A stretch of 64,000 nucleotides of DNA from the human T2T-CHM13v2.0 reference genome, Homo sapiens. The stretch lies in assembly GCF_009914755.1 (NCBI RefSeq), contig NC_060925.1; one strand, 5' to 3'. Positions 31,757 to 53,779 of the stretch are shown here, piece after piece. The position numbers and the translations under genes are program-made. The notes below the pieces were generated by a model, which was not told the DNA's origin, did not search any database, and saw only the letters and a program-made list of their open reading frames with translations. The stretch's first letter is position 1; each line of letters opens with the position of its first letter.

Positions 31757-32274
31757 GCAAGTTCTGGGCTACTCTTTAAAGCCAATTGGCAACATGGGCG
31801 TGTCTAAGTGATGAAGTGCGTGGAGAAAGGCCACCGTGGTCTCCCAGGGGTTAGCTTGGTGACATAAACGTCTCGATCTTTGATTGCTAGAATAGCCAAC
31901 GCCTAGAATGCATGCCTGCTGTTCACATCTTTGTATCTTAGCTGACTGTTCATAGCCTTGAGGTTGATATTAAAAGCAGCCTTCTATAATTCATCTAAAA
32001 GATGAATTCTTTAAAAAGGAATAGGATGAAGTGAAATAAGATTTTTTCGAGCCATATTATTTCATGGCCAAAGGAAAGAATGTCAGAATCAAAAGTGGCG
32101 TTTGCTTGCATGGGTGAAAGGTGGAAGATTGAAGGTACTGTTGCTGTGTCAACATTCCATGAACGTGGAAAATTCCCCATCCTGTAGTGTGGGATTCAGG
32201 CATTCTGTGCTTGAACAAAGTAACCTGTGGACTTGCACCCTCACTGAATATGAAGGAGGCCTAACCTAGTTCAT

Positions 32275-34072
<1,798 letters not shown>

Positions 34073-35032
34073 CACGGACAATGGAGTCCTGATGTGAGCG
34101 TCAGTTATACAACTGACGGTCCAGGTGGTGACAGCCAGGAGAGAGACTGCCCAGGTCATCCAAACACCTGGCCTCCTGGGCAGGTGTGTCCCTGTCATGG
34201 AGCTGGGTGTAGATGACTGAGAGTTTGATGCCATGAACTGTTTGGCTCTCGTCACTCCCTTTGTTCCAGTTCTTGACAACTAAATAATTTTCGGATAATC
34301 TGGCTTCCCAGTTGCTTGTCTATAGGGCCAGAATGTGTTGACCGGACTAACATTTGTAACCACGAAGATCCATAGTTAAGGTTTTCATCCTACATTCATT
34401 AACGGGTATTCTGATTTTATACATCTTGCCAGCTTATAAATAAAGATCTGGTCTTTATTTATAAATATAAATATAAATATAAATATAATGATGGGGCCTT
34501 GGAGGGACTCCTTTCTGGGCTTACAAGGTTGAGACCTTGGATCTAGGGTCATTTTACTTTTCAGTAGCCATTAGGAACAACTACAATACATTTATATTTT
34601 GAAAAAAAACAAGTGATTTAATTGGCCAATATATTTTAACCTCTAGTTGCTAGAAAAGTGGTAACTTTGGGAAAAAGAGGACTTTTTTTCTTGTGGGTGG
34701 GGGCTGGGAAGGTGGGGAGTTGCTTTGAATGATGAGAAAGAGTAGAAAATACAGGCTAGAGAGCCATAAGTATTGAAAGTGAATTCAGGGACTTTGAGAA
34801 ACCTTGAGAAGAATGAGTCTAGAATTAGTGTTAAATAATATTGTACTGGACTGAAGCTTGCTTTGAATTGCTATATGATTCTTGTATCAAAAATGCTGTA
34901 CTCATTTTATACTTGTTATTTTTTGTGTGGAGAGGTAGCCTTGCCAGGGATGTTGGCATGAAAGCTGATGTGGACTTCTCTGATGTGTCGCCTGTTTCTC
35001 TGAAGGCCTCTTGGTGCTTGTTGTCCTGACAG

Positions 35033-35167
35033 GTGGGAGATGAGGGAGCAGGCCACTTCGTGAAGATGGTGCACAACGGGATAGAGTATGGGGACATGCA
35101 GCTGATCTGTGAGGCATACCACCTGATGAAAGACGTGCTGGGCATGGCGCAGGACGAGATGGCCCAG
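35033..35167 (+). CDS. PGD: PGD exon 7
   Basis: [45 protein letters not shown]; catalytic Lys/Glu motif KMVHNGIE. Confidence 0.98.
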
Positions 35168-36676
35168 GTGAGGCCCCGGCACTGCCTCTGTGTCCGTTCT
35201 GCAGGGAGTGCTCACTTTGCCACAGACACCGAATCTTTTCTTCATTCCTATCCCCTTGGCCATTCGGGTGGCCTGCATGGACTCAGCCTAATTTGAGGGA
35301 AACTGTTAGTAATAGGCCTATACACTATGCTAGTCAGTCACTAAGCAGAAAGTCCCCACAGAGTCTGGGTGGTTATCATCACCACCATTTAGCGTAGCTT
35401 ACCTGGTGTCAGGCACTGTGTCACTCCACATACCTGTCCCATTTACTCCCACAGTTGTCCCACATGGCAGATGCAGCAGAAGCTTTCTTTCCTGATCAAG
35501 TTGGGATTGGCTTTTTGATAGTTAATCTGAAAAGTCAGTCCAAGTAGGGAAGCTGAAGCATTTCCCCCAACATTTTATTATGAAAATATTCAACCATGCA
35601 GCACAGAAGTTTGAGAGTTTTACAGTGAACACCTGGATACACACCTCCTCCTTTCTCCCATCCACAGGTTCCTGTACTTGCTTTAGCAATGTCTGTCCAT
35701 CCCCCACCAATTTCATCTTATTTTTTGGATACATTCAAAGTAAACTGCAGGTATCCATACTTTTGTTTTCCCTAAATACTTTAGATGAATGTATCTTTAT
35801 CATGAGGTAAACATAGATTTTAACTGAAAACATAGGAAAGGACTTTCATTCACCCGCCATTTTTTGGAGGGCCAAGGCCTTCTCGTTAAGTATGGTTTGC
35901 TGATGCGCTTTCTAGTCGTGTCTTACCATCTAGAATTTCTAGTTTCAGTTATTTCCAATGGGATGTGATTTACAGACTCTAGCAAGGCATACAGTATAGC
36001 TTTCCAGATTTTTTGTTGTTTTCCTCCTAGTTTTTTATTCATGTCATCCTCACTTACTTTGACTATTGTTTGTTTCACTGGATTGCTGTTAATTGTTCTT
36101 TCTAAAACATTACCTTAGTTTTCTTTCACAGAAACAGTGCTATTCTTTTTGTGTTCATTTTTTATTGGTATATATAATACTTAACGTGTTCACTCAGCAA
36201 ACACACGAGTGCTTTACTATATGCCAAGCATGATTCTAAATGCTGGGGATATACTAGTGAAGAAAGCAAAGTGCCTGCCCTCCCGGAGCTGGGAAGACAG
36301 ACAGAAATAAATATACAATATCAAACTAGTTAGCGATGACTGTGAGAACGAAGAGTAAACTGGGACAAGATCCGGTGATTGCAGAAGGCTTCTGAGGAGG
36401 CGACAGTGCACAGAGACCTAAGTGAAGTGAGGAGCCCTTGCCTCTGAGGAGACAACACTTCTGGTGGCCAGAAATTCAGTATAACCAGGTTCAGAACAAA
36501 CACAACTGACTCTGGGTTAGCATAAAACTCAACCAGCAGGAGCAGAAGTCCCCAGGCAGACGCGAGCAGAGCCTGCTGGCAACCGTGAGCATTGGTCAGC
36601 GTGGACATTGGACAAGGGGCTTCCTTGCTCAGCCCTCATTCCTCTAACATGGTTCTCTCCTGTGTTCTGCATGTAG

Positions 36677-36866
36677 GCCTTTGAGGATTGGAATAAGACA
36701 GAGCTAGACTCATTCCTGATTGAAATCACAGCCAATATTCTCAAGTTCCAAGACACCGATGGCAAACACCTGCTGCCAAAGATCAGGGACAGCGCGGGGC
36801 AGAAGGGCACAGGGAAGTGGACCGCCATCTCCGCCCTGGAATACGGCGTACCCGTCACCCTCATTG
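36677..36866 (+). CDS. PGD: PGD exon 8
   Basis: AFEDWNKTELDSFLIEIT...IRDSAGQKGTGKWT...VPVTLI; 6PGD signature. Confidence 0.98.
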
Positions 36867-37238
36867 GTAATGTTATGCTTTTCACATGGGCCCTTTCGTC
36901 CACTATTCTGATCTTGATGTCTGGAGGACAGATACAGACTGGTCTTTAGAGAATCTCTTCAGCCCTCTTTAGCTTTCAGAGTGCCTTTTGCTCTTTCTTG
37001 CGTTGAAGAAACTGACAGTGTGAGAGAGGCTGACGCTGCTTTTGATTCTCTTCCTTGTAGTTCTTATCTCATTCGTACAAACTGTGAGGTAAATTCAGAA
37101 GTGACTGTCCTTCCTATCCAGTTTTATCTTTGGAATATTTTAGCATTAGTGATGTAATTGTAGTCAGTGATCTAAGATTTTATTTATGAGGCAGGTAACT
37201 TGAGTAAAATTTTTCATAGAAAAGTTCATGAATAACAG

Positions 37239-39874
<2,636 letters not shown>

Positions 39875-40136
39875 ATAACAGTGGTTTCTATCTCTTCATT
39901 TTCCCTCAAAACTCCCTTTTGAATTTCATGTTAATCTTTGTGATTGAATACTCATGTTTGTATTGGAAGATTGTCTTAAGAGTTTTAGTTATCAAATTAA
40001 CTGTTTAGAGCTTCTTATAAAAGTTCCTTCCGATCCATGTCAACTTTTGTGGCCTAAGGTTGAAACTTTCAGCTCTTTGTATAAACAGACTTTCCTGCTC
40101 CACCTTTCTTCTGGTTGCTGTGCGAACTTTGGTAAT

Positions 40137-40567
40137 TTTCATGCGCATCCGTGTGAAAAGACCACCAAACAGGCTTTGTGTGAGCAATAAAGCTTTTTAA
40201 TCACCTGGGTGCAGGCAGGTTGAGTCCGAAGAGTCAGCGAAGGGAGATAGGGGTGGGGCCATTTTATAGGATTTGGGCAGGTAGTGGAAAATTACAGTCA
40301 AAGGGGGTTTTTCTCTTACGGGCAGGGCCGAGGGGTCACAAGGTGCTCAGTTGGGGAGGTTCTGAGCCAGGAGAAGGAATGTCACAAGGTTAATCGCTCA
40401 GTTAAGGTGGGGCAGGAACAAATCACAATGGTGGAATGTCATCAGTAAAGGCAGGAACCAGCCATTTTCACTTCTTTTGTGATTCTTCACTTGCTTCAGG
40501 CCATCTGGATGTATACATGCAGGTCACAGGGGATATGATAGTTTAGCTTGGGCTCAGAGGCCTGACA
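40137..40567 (-). mobile_element. Solo HERV-H LTR (LTR7 family), antisense to PGD
   Basis: Reverse complement begins TGTCAGGCCTCTGAGCCCAAGCTAA and ends ...CACGGATGCGCATGAAA; perfect 5-bp TSD GTAAT (40132-40136 / 40568-40572). Confidence 0.92.
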
Positions 40568-40602
40568 GTAATCTGTTTCCTCTTCCCGATCTCCCCATGT
40601 AG

Positions 40603-40733
40603 GAGAAGCTGTCTTTGCTCGGTGCTTATCATCTCTGAAGGATGAGAGAATTCAAGCTAGCAAAAAGCTGAAGGGTCCCCAGAAGTTCCAGTTTGATGGT
40701 GATAAGAAATCATTCCTGGAGGACATTCGGAAG
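40603..40733 (+). CDS. PGD: PGD exon 9
   Basis: (G)EAVFARCLSSLKDERIQASKKLKGP...LEDIRK. Confidence 0.97.
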
Positions 40734-40991
40734 GTGGGACACAGTCCCTGGCAGTGGTCTTTGTTGGTCCTGCGGAAGGCAGTGGGGGTGGGGGTTGTGG
40801 TGGGAGAACACTCGAGGCCACAGGATGGCAGGTGGAATGAAGTTCAGCCTTGACTTGGATCTTGACTTACAATGTTTTCCTAGAATATTGGCCCTTCTGG
40901 GATCTCCACTGCTGATGAGAATAAGACTGGTAGACATAAGGCGGTCACTCTCCTAATGGCAATCCTAGTAGGTCTCTGTGTCACTCTTTAG

Positions 40992-41125
40992 GCACTCTAC
41001 GCTTCCAAGATCATCTCTTACGCTCAAGGCTTTATGCTGCTAAGGCAGGCAGCCACCGAGTTTGGCTGGACTCTCAATTATGGTGGCATCGCCCTGATGT
41101 GGAGAGGGGGCTGCATCATTAGAAG
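40992..41125 (+). CDS. PGD: PGD exon 10
   Basis: [17 protein letters not shown]...[12 protein letters not shown](S). Confidence 0.97.
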
Positions 41126-41328
41126 GTAAGTGAGAGGCAGCCCAGGGTCCGACGGGAAGGACTCACACGGCTGTGCAGAAGTGCGATCTTAGGACACTTA
41201 GCTTGAGCAGTTTCCAGGGATGGGCACTTAGCCCCATCACTGGACACTGGCACAAGATAGGCTTAGATTATGTGGTTCCCTTCTTCACTGTACCTCAGTT
41301 GCTGTAACTAGATTGTCCACACTACACC

Positions 41329-41626
<298 letters not shown>

Positions 41627-41723
41627 TCCGCATTACACCTACTACACTACACCTTTTAAAGTACTTCTGTGAACTATCGTGCCCTCTGGCCTTGCCTCTT
41701 GGGAATTTTGCTCTGTATTTTCA

Positions 41724-42012
41724 TTGAAAATGCCAAATCATAGAAAACGTAGCATTTCTACACATGACGTTACATCGTTCTCATGTTGGCTGAAGATTCA
41801 TTTGATGAATCTGATTTTTCTGAAGTAGATGATTCTGGTGATTCAGATGATTCTAATATTAGTTCTCTTTAGAAATAACGCCAAGAATAGTTTTTATATT
41901 TTATTTTCATATTGAAAATCGTCAGATTTTCTTCAGCCTCAAAAAGCGTGTTTATGTAAAATTAAATGAGCGCTGGCAGCGAGCTGCACTTTTTTTCTAA
42001 ACAGGAAAAGGG
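41724..42012 (+). mobile_element. MER75 (piggyBac family) 3' portion
   Basis: tgaaaatgccaaatcatagaaaacgtagc...gagcgctggcagcgagctgcac...ggaaaaggg followed by the TTAA target site (42013-42016). Confidence 0.85.
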
Positions 42013-42110
42013 TTAACAGCTTGAAGAAATGAGAAATGTAACTTTGTTTCACTAGGGTATACATCGGCTTCCAGCTTACTTCCCTGTTAGAGTTAAGATT
42101 CATTGCATTT

Positions 42111-42437
<327 letters not shown>

Positions 42438-42441
42438 TCAG

Positions 42442-42541
42442 TGTATTCCTAGGAAAGATAAAGGATGCATTTGATCGAAACCCGGAACTTCAGAACCTCC
42501 TACTGGACGACTTCTTTAAGTCAGCTGTTGAAAACTGCCAG
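42442..42541 (+). CDS. PGD: PGD exon 11
   Basis: (S)[33 protein letters not shown]. Confidence 0.97.
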
Positions 42542-42600
42542 GTATGTAGCCTAGGGCTGGTGCCATGGTTACTCTACCTCCCTGGGGCCATCAGTTGTGA

Positions 42601-42932
<332 letters not shown>

Positions 42933-43032
42933 TAACCATCAGTTTTTCATTTACCCACATTGATATGAATGAAAATCTATCCGCGTCACCAGGGGCAGAT
43001 CACTAATCTCTGGCCGTGCGTTTTGTGCTCAG

Positions 43033-43155
43033 GACTCCTGGCGGCGGGCAGTCAGCACTGGGGTCCAGGCTGGCATTCCCATGCCCTGTTTTACCACTGC
43101 CCTCTCCTTCTATGACGGGTACAGACATGAGATGCTTCCAGCCAGCCTCATCCAG
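43033..43155 (+). CDS. PGD: PGD exon 12
   Basis: DSWRRAVSTGVQAGIPMPCFTTALSFYDGYRHEMLPASLIQ. Confidence 0.97.
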
Positions 43156-43245
43156 GTAAGCCTGTGGAGCAGGGATTAACCTGGCTGGCCCCTGGGGGGC
43201 GTGCGCCATGGACTGTCCTGACCAACCTACTCTCTCGTTTCCTAG

Positions 43246-43365
43246 GCTCAGCGGGATTACTTCGGGGCTCACACCTATGAACTCTTGGCCAAACCAGGGC
43301 AGTTTATCCACACCAACTGGACAGGCCATGGTGGCACCGTGTCATCCTCGTCATACAATGCCTGA
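43246..43365 (+). CDS. PGD: PGD exon 13 coding part
   Basis: AQRDYFGAHTYELLAKPGQFIHTNWTGHGGTVSSSSYNA*; total CDS 1452 nt. Confidence 0.97.
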   Translation, partial: AQRDYFGAHTYELLAKPGQFIHTNWTGHGGTVSSSSYNA

Positions 43366-43406
43366 TCATGCTGCTCCTGTCACCCTCCACGATTCCACAG
43401 ACCAGG

Positions 43407-43414
43407 ACATTCCA
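43407..43414 (+). promoter_or_regulatory. PGD: miR-1/miR-206 8mer seed match in PGD 3' UTR
   Basis: ACATTCCA, complementary to seed GGAAUGU plus A1; PGD is a reported miR-1/206 target. Confidence 0.7.
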
Positions 43415-43738
43415 TGTGCCTCATGGCACTGCCACCTGGCCCTTTGCCCTATTTTCTGTTCAGTTTTTTAAAAGTGTTGTAAGAGACTCCTGAGGAAGAC
43501 ACACAGTTTATTTGTAAAGTAGCTCTGTGAGAGCCACCATGCCCTCTGCCCTTGCCTCTTGGGACTGACCAGGAGCTGCTCATGTGCGTGAGAGTGGGAA
43601 CCATCTCCTTGCGGCAGTGGCTTCCGCGTGCCCCGTGTGCTGGTGCGGTTCCCATCACGCAGACAGGAAGGGTGTTTGCGCACTCTGATCAACTGGAACC
43701 TCTGTATCATGCGGCTGAATTCCCTTTTTCCTTTACTC

Positions 43739-43744
43739 AATAAA
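43739..43744 (+). terminator. PGD: PGD polyadenylation signal (a possible distal ATTAAA lies at 44103-44108)
   Basis: AATAAA ~375 nt after the stop codon, with U-rich sequence downstream. Confidence 0.8.
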
Positions 43745-44415
43745 AGCTACATCAGACTGATGCTCTTTCTCCAGATTCTTAGTCTCACCTCGGCCACATG
43801 GAGCCATTATCCCCATTGGCAGAAAGATTTTTCTTTAAAAAAAAAGACTAGAATAACACAAGAAACCACATTTAGGATTATGCTTCACTCAGAGGAGGCA
43901 GGCAGGGAGGACACACCAGGGGCTTTAATACACTGGGCATGTTTTCTTTCTCCAATTGGGCAATGGGTACATGGACGTTCACTGTAACGTGCTTTTTCTT
44001 TCGTCTTTTTTTTTTTTTTTTTTTTTTGCTCCTGGCAAGCTGTGCGTGACATTCTTTATGGCTTTTTGTATGTCAAATACTTCATACTAAACTTTCTAGA
44101 GAATTAAACTTTAATGATGGGCTCAGCTTGGTCTGATTTATTTCCTTTCCCACACCTGTCTCTACTTGCTCTAAGCCAGGCCCAGGGATTTTGAACAAGC
44201 TAAGCCGGCTCCTTAAACTAGGCTTTTCACTTTATCTTACTTACTCAGAGAAGATAAAACCTGCCAGTGATATTGTTGTGTGGCCTGGGGCCAGTGTGAC
44301 TGTTCCCTGCAGCGGTTTGACTTCATGATGATTTCCCTGGAGTGTTAAAGTCCTAAGAGTTGCCTAAGAGGAGCGAGCAGCGCCTGTGCCTCGACAGCTG
44401 GTGTCTACAGTGTGA

Positions 44416-47377
<2,962 letters not shown>

Positions 47378-47544
47378 CAAGCAGAAGGATTGCCAAGCAA
47401 AGAGACTTTAGGGAAGGATTTGCAGGGGTTACACGTTCTTTGAGGCAGATGTGGAGCCCATCATTTTGGAAGGGGTGGGAGCCTTCAGCACGCTGTTCAG
47501 CATGCGGGCGAATGCGTCTGCTCACTCTGTTAAATCTTGTATGC

Positions 47545-48131
47545 TGTCACAGTTGCTGCGGACTGGTGTGTAACAAACCACCCCAAAGTCAGTGGTGTAA
47601 AATAATCACCATTTAAATTTTCTTCTAATTCTGTGGGTCATGAATCTGGAAAGAGCATGGTGGGGGACGGGGGAGGCAGAGGCAGCTTGTCTGCTCCACA
47701 ATGTCTGGGGCCTCAGCTAGGAGGACTCGAGAGCAGGGGTGGCACCATGGCTCGGGGGCGTGGAGTGTCCTCTCTCATTCATCTCGCGGTGGATGCTGGC
47801 TGTTGGCTGGGACCTCAGCTAGGGCTATGAGCTGGAAAAAGTTCATGTGGCCTCATCACATGGCCTCAGGCCAGAGAAACATCTTGTTTGTTGGCCCAGG
47901 GTTCTCACTAAGGAGGCAGAAGCACACACGTGGCTTTTAAAAACCCAGCTGTGAATGTTACATGGCAGGATTATAGCCATCCAAAATCGGTTCCAAGCAA
48001 GCCGCAAGTCCCCCAGACTCAAGGGGCAGAGGATTAGACTCTACCTCTTGATGGGGGAGTATGAGGTTCTAGAAAAGCACATGGATCAGGAGACATTGTT
48101 CTTGCCATCTTCGTAAATTACAGTCTGCCAC
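47545..48131 (-). mobile_element. MLT1-type MaLR LTR
   Basis: gtgtaacaaaccaccccaaa...agtggt...gggcctcagct...ctctacctcttgatggg...gccatctt...ctgccaca motifs typical of antisense MLT1. Confidence 0.65.
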
Positions 48132-48652
48132 ATATGCTGCCCCTGAAAAGGAAAATCTGTTACATAGCAGAGTTGGGAACCGGCACTATTTGGGGCTTTT
48201 CCTGAGGGTCTCATATAGTATATATACTACTAGCTAACATTGAGAGCATATGCCAGGCTCTGTAACTCATTGAATGCTCGCAGCACCCTCTGAAGTAAGC
48301 ACTATTACTATCCCTAATTTAGAGATGAAGCACACTGATATTAAGTAATTCGTCCAAGGTCAGAGCTACTGAAGAACTGGAATTGAACCCCAGAGATCTG
48401 GTGCCAGAGTCCATACACTTAATCATGAAACTGACCTGTCGGCGTGCACAGTTCATCGCCCCACTCATTCAGTCATTCGGCATGTTTATGGTACACCTAC
48501 CATGTGCCAAGCATTGTGCTAGGTACCCTCTGTCGGGGTGAGAGAAGTCCAAAGTCCTGACCTCATGTGCTTACAGGATACATATAATATTTAACGATAA
48601 TTATTTTTAAATTTTTATCTTCTCTTGAATAAACCTATGAAATGGAGATTGA

Positions 48653-48996
<344 letters not shown>

Positions 48997-49009
48997 TGAG
49001 ACGGAGTTT

Positions 49010-51241
49010 TGTGGGGAAAAGAAAGATCAGATTGTTACTGTGTTTGTGTAGAAAGAAGTAGACATAAGAGACTCCATTTTGTTTTGTACTAAGAGAAATT
49101 CTTCTGCCTTGAGATGCTGTTAATCTGTAACCTTACCCCCAACCCTGTGCTCTCCGAAACATGTGCTGTGTCAACTCAGGGTTAAATGGATTAAGGGCTG
49201 TGCAAGATGTGCTTTGTTAAACAGACGCTTGAAGGCAGCATGCTCGTTAAGAGTCATCACCACTCCCTAATGTGTCCGGAATTGGTGGGTTCTTGGTCTC
49301 ACTAGCTCCAAGAATGAAGCCGCGGACCCTCGCGGTGAGTGTTACAGCTCTTAAGGTGGCGCATCTGGAGTTTGTTCCTTCTGATGTTCGGATGTGTTCG
49401 GAGTTTCTTCCTTCTCGTGGGCTCGTGGTCTCACTGGCTCAGGAGTGAAGCTGCAGATCTTCGCGGTGAGTGTTACAGCTCATAAAAGCAGCGTGGACCC
49501 AAAGAGTGAGCAGTAACAAGATTTATTGCAAAGAACAAAACTGCCACAGCGTGGAAGGGAACCCAAGCGGGTTGCCACTGCTGGCTTGGGCAGCCTGCTT
49601 TTATTCTCTTATCTGGCCCCACCCACGTCCTGCTGATTGGTAGAGCCCAGTGGTCTGTTTTGACAGGGCGCTGACTGGTGCGTTTACAATCCCTGAGCTA
49701 GACACAAAGGTTCTCCAAGGCCCCACCAGAGTAGCTAGATACAGAGTGTCGATTGGTGCATTCACAAACCCTGGGCTAAACAAAGGGTGCTGATTGGTGT
49801 ATTTACAAACCTTGAGCTAGATACAGAGTGCCGATTGGTGTATTTATAATCCCTGAGCTAGACATAAAGGTTCTCCTCCTCCCCACCAGACTCAGGAGCC
49901 CAGCTGGCTTCACCCAGTGGATCCTGCACCAGGCTGCAGGTGGAGCTGCCTGCCAGTCCTGCGCCATGCGCCCACACTCCCCAGCCCTTGGGTGGTCGAT
50001 GGGACTGGGCGCCGTGGAGCAGGGGGCCACGCTCATCGGGGAGGCTCGGGCCACACAGGAGCCCACGGAGTGGGTGGGAGGCTCAGGCATGGCGGGCTGC
50101 AGGTCCCGAGCCCTGCCCCACAGGAAGGCAGCTAAGGCCCAGTGAGAAATCGAGTGCAGCGCCGGTGGGCTGGCACTGCTGGGGGACCCAGTACACCCTC
50201 CGCAGCCGCTGGCCTGGGTGCTAAGCCCCTCATTGCCCTGGGCGGGCAGGGCCAGCCGGCTGCTCCGAGTGCGGGGCCCGCCAAGCCCACGCCCACCCGG
50301 AACTCCAGCTGGCCCGCAAGCGCCGCGCGCAGCCCTGGTTCCCGCTTGCGCCTCTCCCTCCACACCTCCCTGCAAGCTGAGGGAGCCGGCTCTGGCCTTG
50401 GCCAGCCCAGAAAGGGGCTCCCACAGTGCAGCGGTGGGCTGAAGGGCTCCTCAAGTGCCACCAAAGTAGGAGCCCAGGCAGAGGAGGTGCCGAGAGCGAG
50501 CGAGGGCTTTAGGACTGCCAGCACGCTGTCACCTCTCACTAATCTCAAGTACCCAGGGACAGAAACACTGCGGAAGGCCGCAGGGACCTCTGCCTAGGAA
50601 AGCCAGGTATTGTCCAAGGTTTCTCCCCATGTGATAGTCTGAAATATGGCCTCGTGGGAGGGAAAGACCTGACCGTCCCCCAGCCCGACACCCGTAAAGG
50701 GTCTGTGCTGAGGAGGATTAGTAAAAGAGGAAGGAACGCCTCTTGCAGTTGAGACGAGAGGAAGGCATCTGTCTCCTGCCCGTCCCTGGGCAATGGAATG
50801 TCTCAGTATAAAACCCGATTGTATGTTCCATCTACTGAGATAGGGGAAAACCGCCTTAGGGCTGGAGGTGGGACAGGCGGGCAGCAATACTGCTCTTCAA
50901 GGCATTGAGATGTTTATGTGTACACATATCTAAAGCACAGCACTTAATTCTTTACCTTATCTATGGTGCAGAGACCTTTGTTCAAGTGTTTATCTGCTGA
51001 CCTTCTCTCCACTATTATCCTATGATCCTGCCACATCCCCCTCTCCGAGAAACACCCAAGAATGATCAATAAATACTAAGGGAATTCAGGCCGGCGGGAT
51101 CCTCCATATGCTGAACGCTGGTCCCCTGGGCCCCCTTATTTCTTTCTCTATACTTTGTCTCTGTGTCTTTTTCTTTTCCAAGTCTCTCGTTCCACCTAAC
51201 GAGAAACACCCACAGGTGTGGAGGGGCAACCCACCCCTTCA
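49010..51241 (+). mobile_element. Solo HERV-K(HML-2) LTR5, split by LTR12 (pieces 49010-49270 and 50543-51241; ~960 bp rejoined)
   Basis: Starts TGTGGGGAAAAG, ends GGGGCAACCCACCCCTTCA; TATAAA 50807-50812, AATAAA 51068-51073; 5-bp TSD AGTTT. Confidence 0.93.
49271..50538 (-). mobile_element. Solo ERV9 LTR (LTR12C-like)
   Basis: Reverse complement begins TGAGAGGTGACAGCGTGCTGGCAG and ends CCAATTCCGGACACA; repeated CCAAT/GATA enhancer units; CpG-rich U3; 4-bp TSD CTAA. Confidence 0.93.
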
Positions 51242-51924
51242 AGTTTCGCTCTTGTTTGCCCAGGCTGGAGTGCAATGCACGATCTCAGCTCACCGCAAAA
51301 CCTCCGCCTCCCAGGTTCAAGCGATTCTCCTGCCTCAGCCTCCCGAGTAGCTGGGATTACAGGCATGCACCACTACGCCTGGCTAATTTTGTATTTTTAG
51401 TAGAGACAGGGTTTCTCCATGTTGAGGCTGGTCTCGAACTCCTGACCTCAGGTGATCCGCCTGCCTCGGCCTCCCAAAGTGCTGGGATTATAGGCGTGAG
51501 CCACCACGCCCGGCTGAACTAAATATTTATGGAACCCTCCTTAATGCAGATGAAAAGGATTAAAGAAACCCACCAAGGTCTTTGTCTTATTTATGGTGAG
51601 GGCAGTGGATAAACCGGAAACTCGGAAACCAGCCTAATAATCAAATCTGGTCTCTATCACTTCCCAGTAGTTTAGCCTTGGGCAGAGTTCTTTCACCTGT
51701 TTCCTCATGTAAAATGGGGCTAACAGCACCTACTTTTGAGGGCAGATGAGATATTAAATGAGTGCCTAGAGCGAGGACAAGTGCAAAGTGCTCAGTGTCA
51801 TGGCAACATTGCCAGCGGGCATCCCTGGCCTTGCTTCACGCTGTAGTGCAACACTGACATCTAGTGGCCAGATTATAGGGCTACTTCTTCATCAAGTAAG
51901 TTTCAACCAAATATTAATATATCC

Positions 51925-53490
<1,566 letters not shown>

Positions 53491-53779
53491 CAAAATTGGG
53501 TTTGATGGTCTCACTTCATCGTTAACATAAAGGAAAAACAGTAACACTTGTGTCAGAACTATACTCCTGCCAATGGCAACAACGCAGTTCCTGTTCCACT
53601 CGCTGAATGAGGTCACGGGTCGTTCACTCATTGTAGTCTTTGTGACGCTATTGTTGGTGATAGAATGATAAAGTTGATGGTCGATTTTGCAAGATACACC
53701 TGAGGTACAGGTGCATGGAGCTCCTGATAATGTGTACTGCGTTACATGATCTGTAAATCGTGGGCTACGCATCCTCTAC

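Noticed and set aside
43363-43482. Stop-codon readthrough of PGD giving a peroxisomal isoform (as for MDH1/LDHB)
   Set aside because: Context is TGA-TCA rather than TGA-CTA(G), and the 38-codon extension ends ...KVL*, which is not a PTS1.
49331-49870. Regularly spaced repeats resembling an array
   Set aside because: Ordinary internal U5/U3 repeats of LTR12; not CRISPR-like and not novel.
49803-50597. Several 100-190 aa ORFs on both strands
   Set aside because: Lie within the GC-rich LTR12C U3 and the adjoining LTR5; LTR-derived, with no gag/pol/env content.
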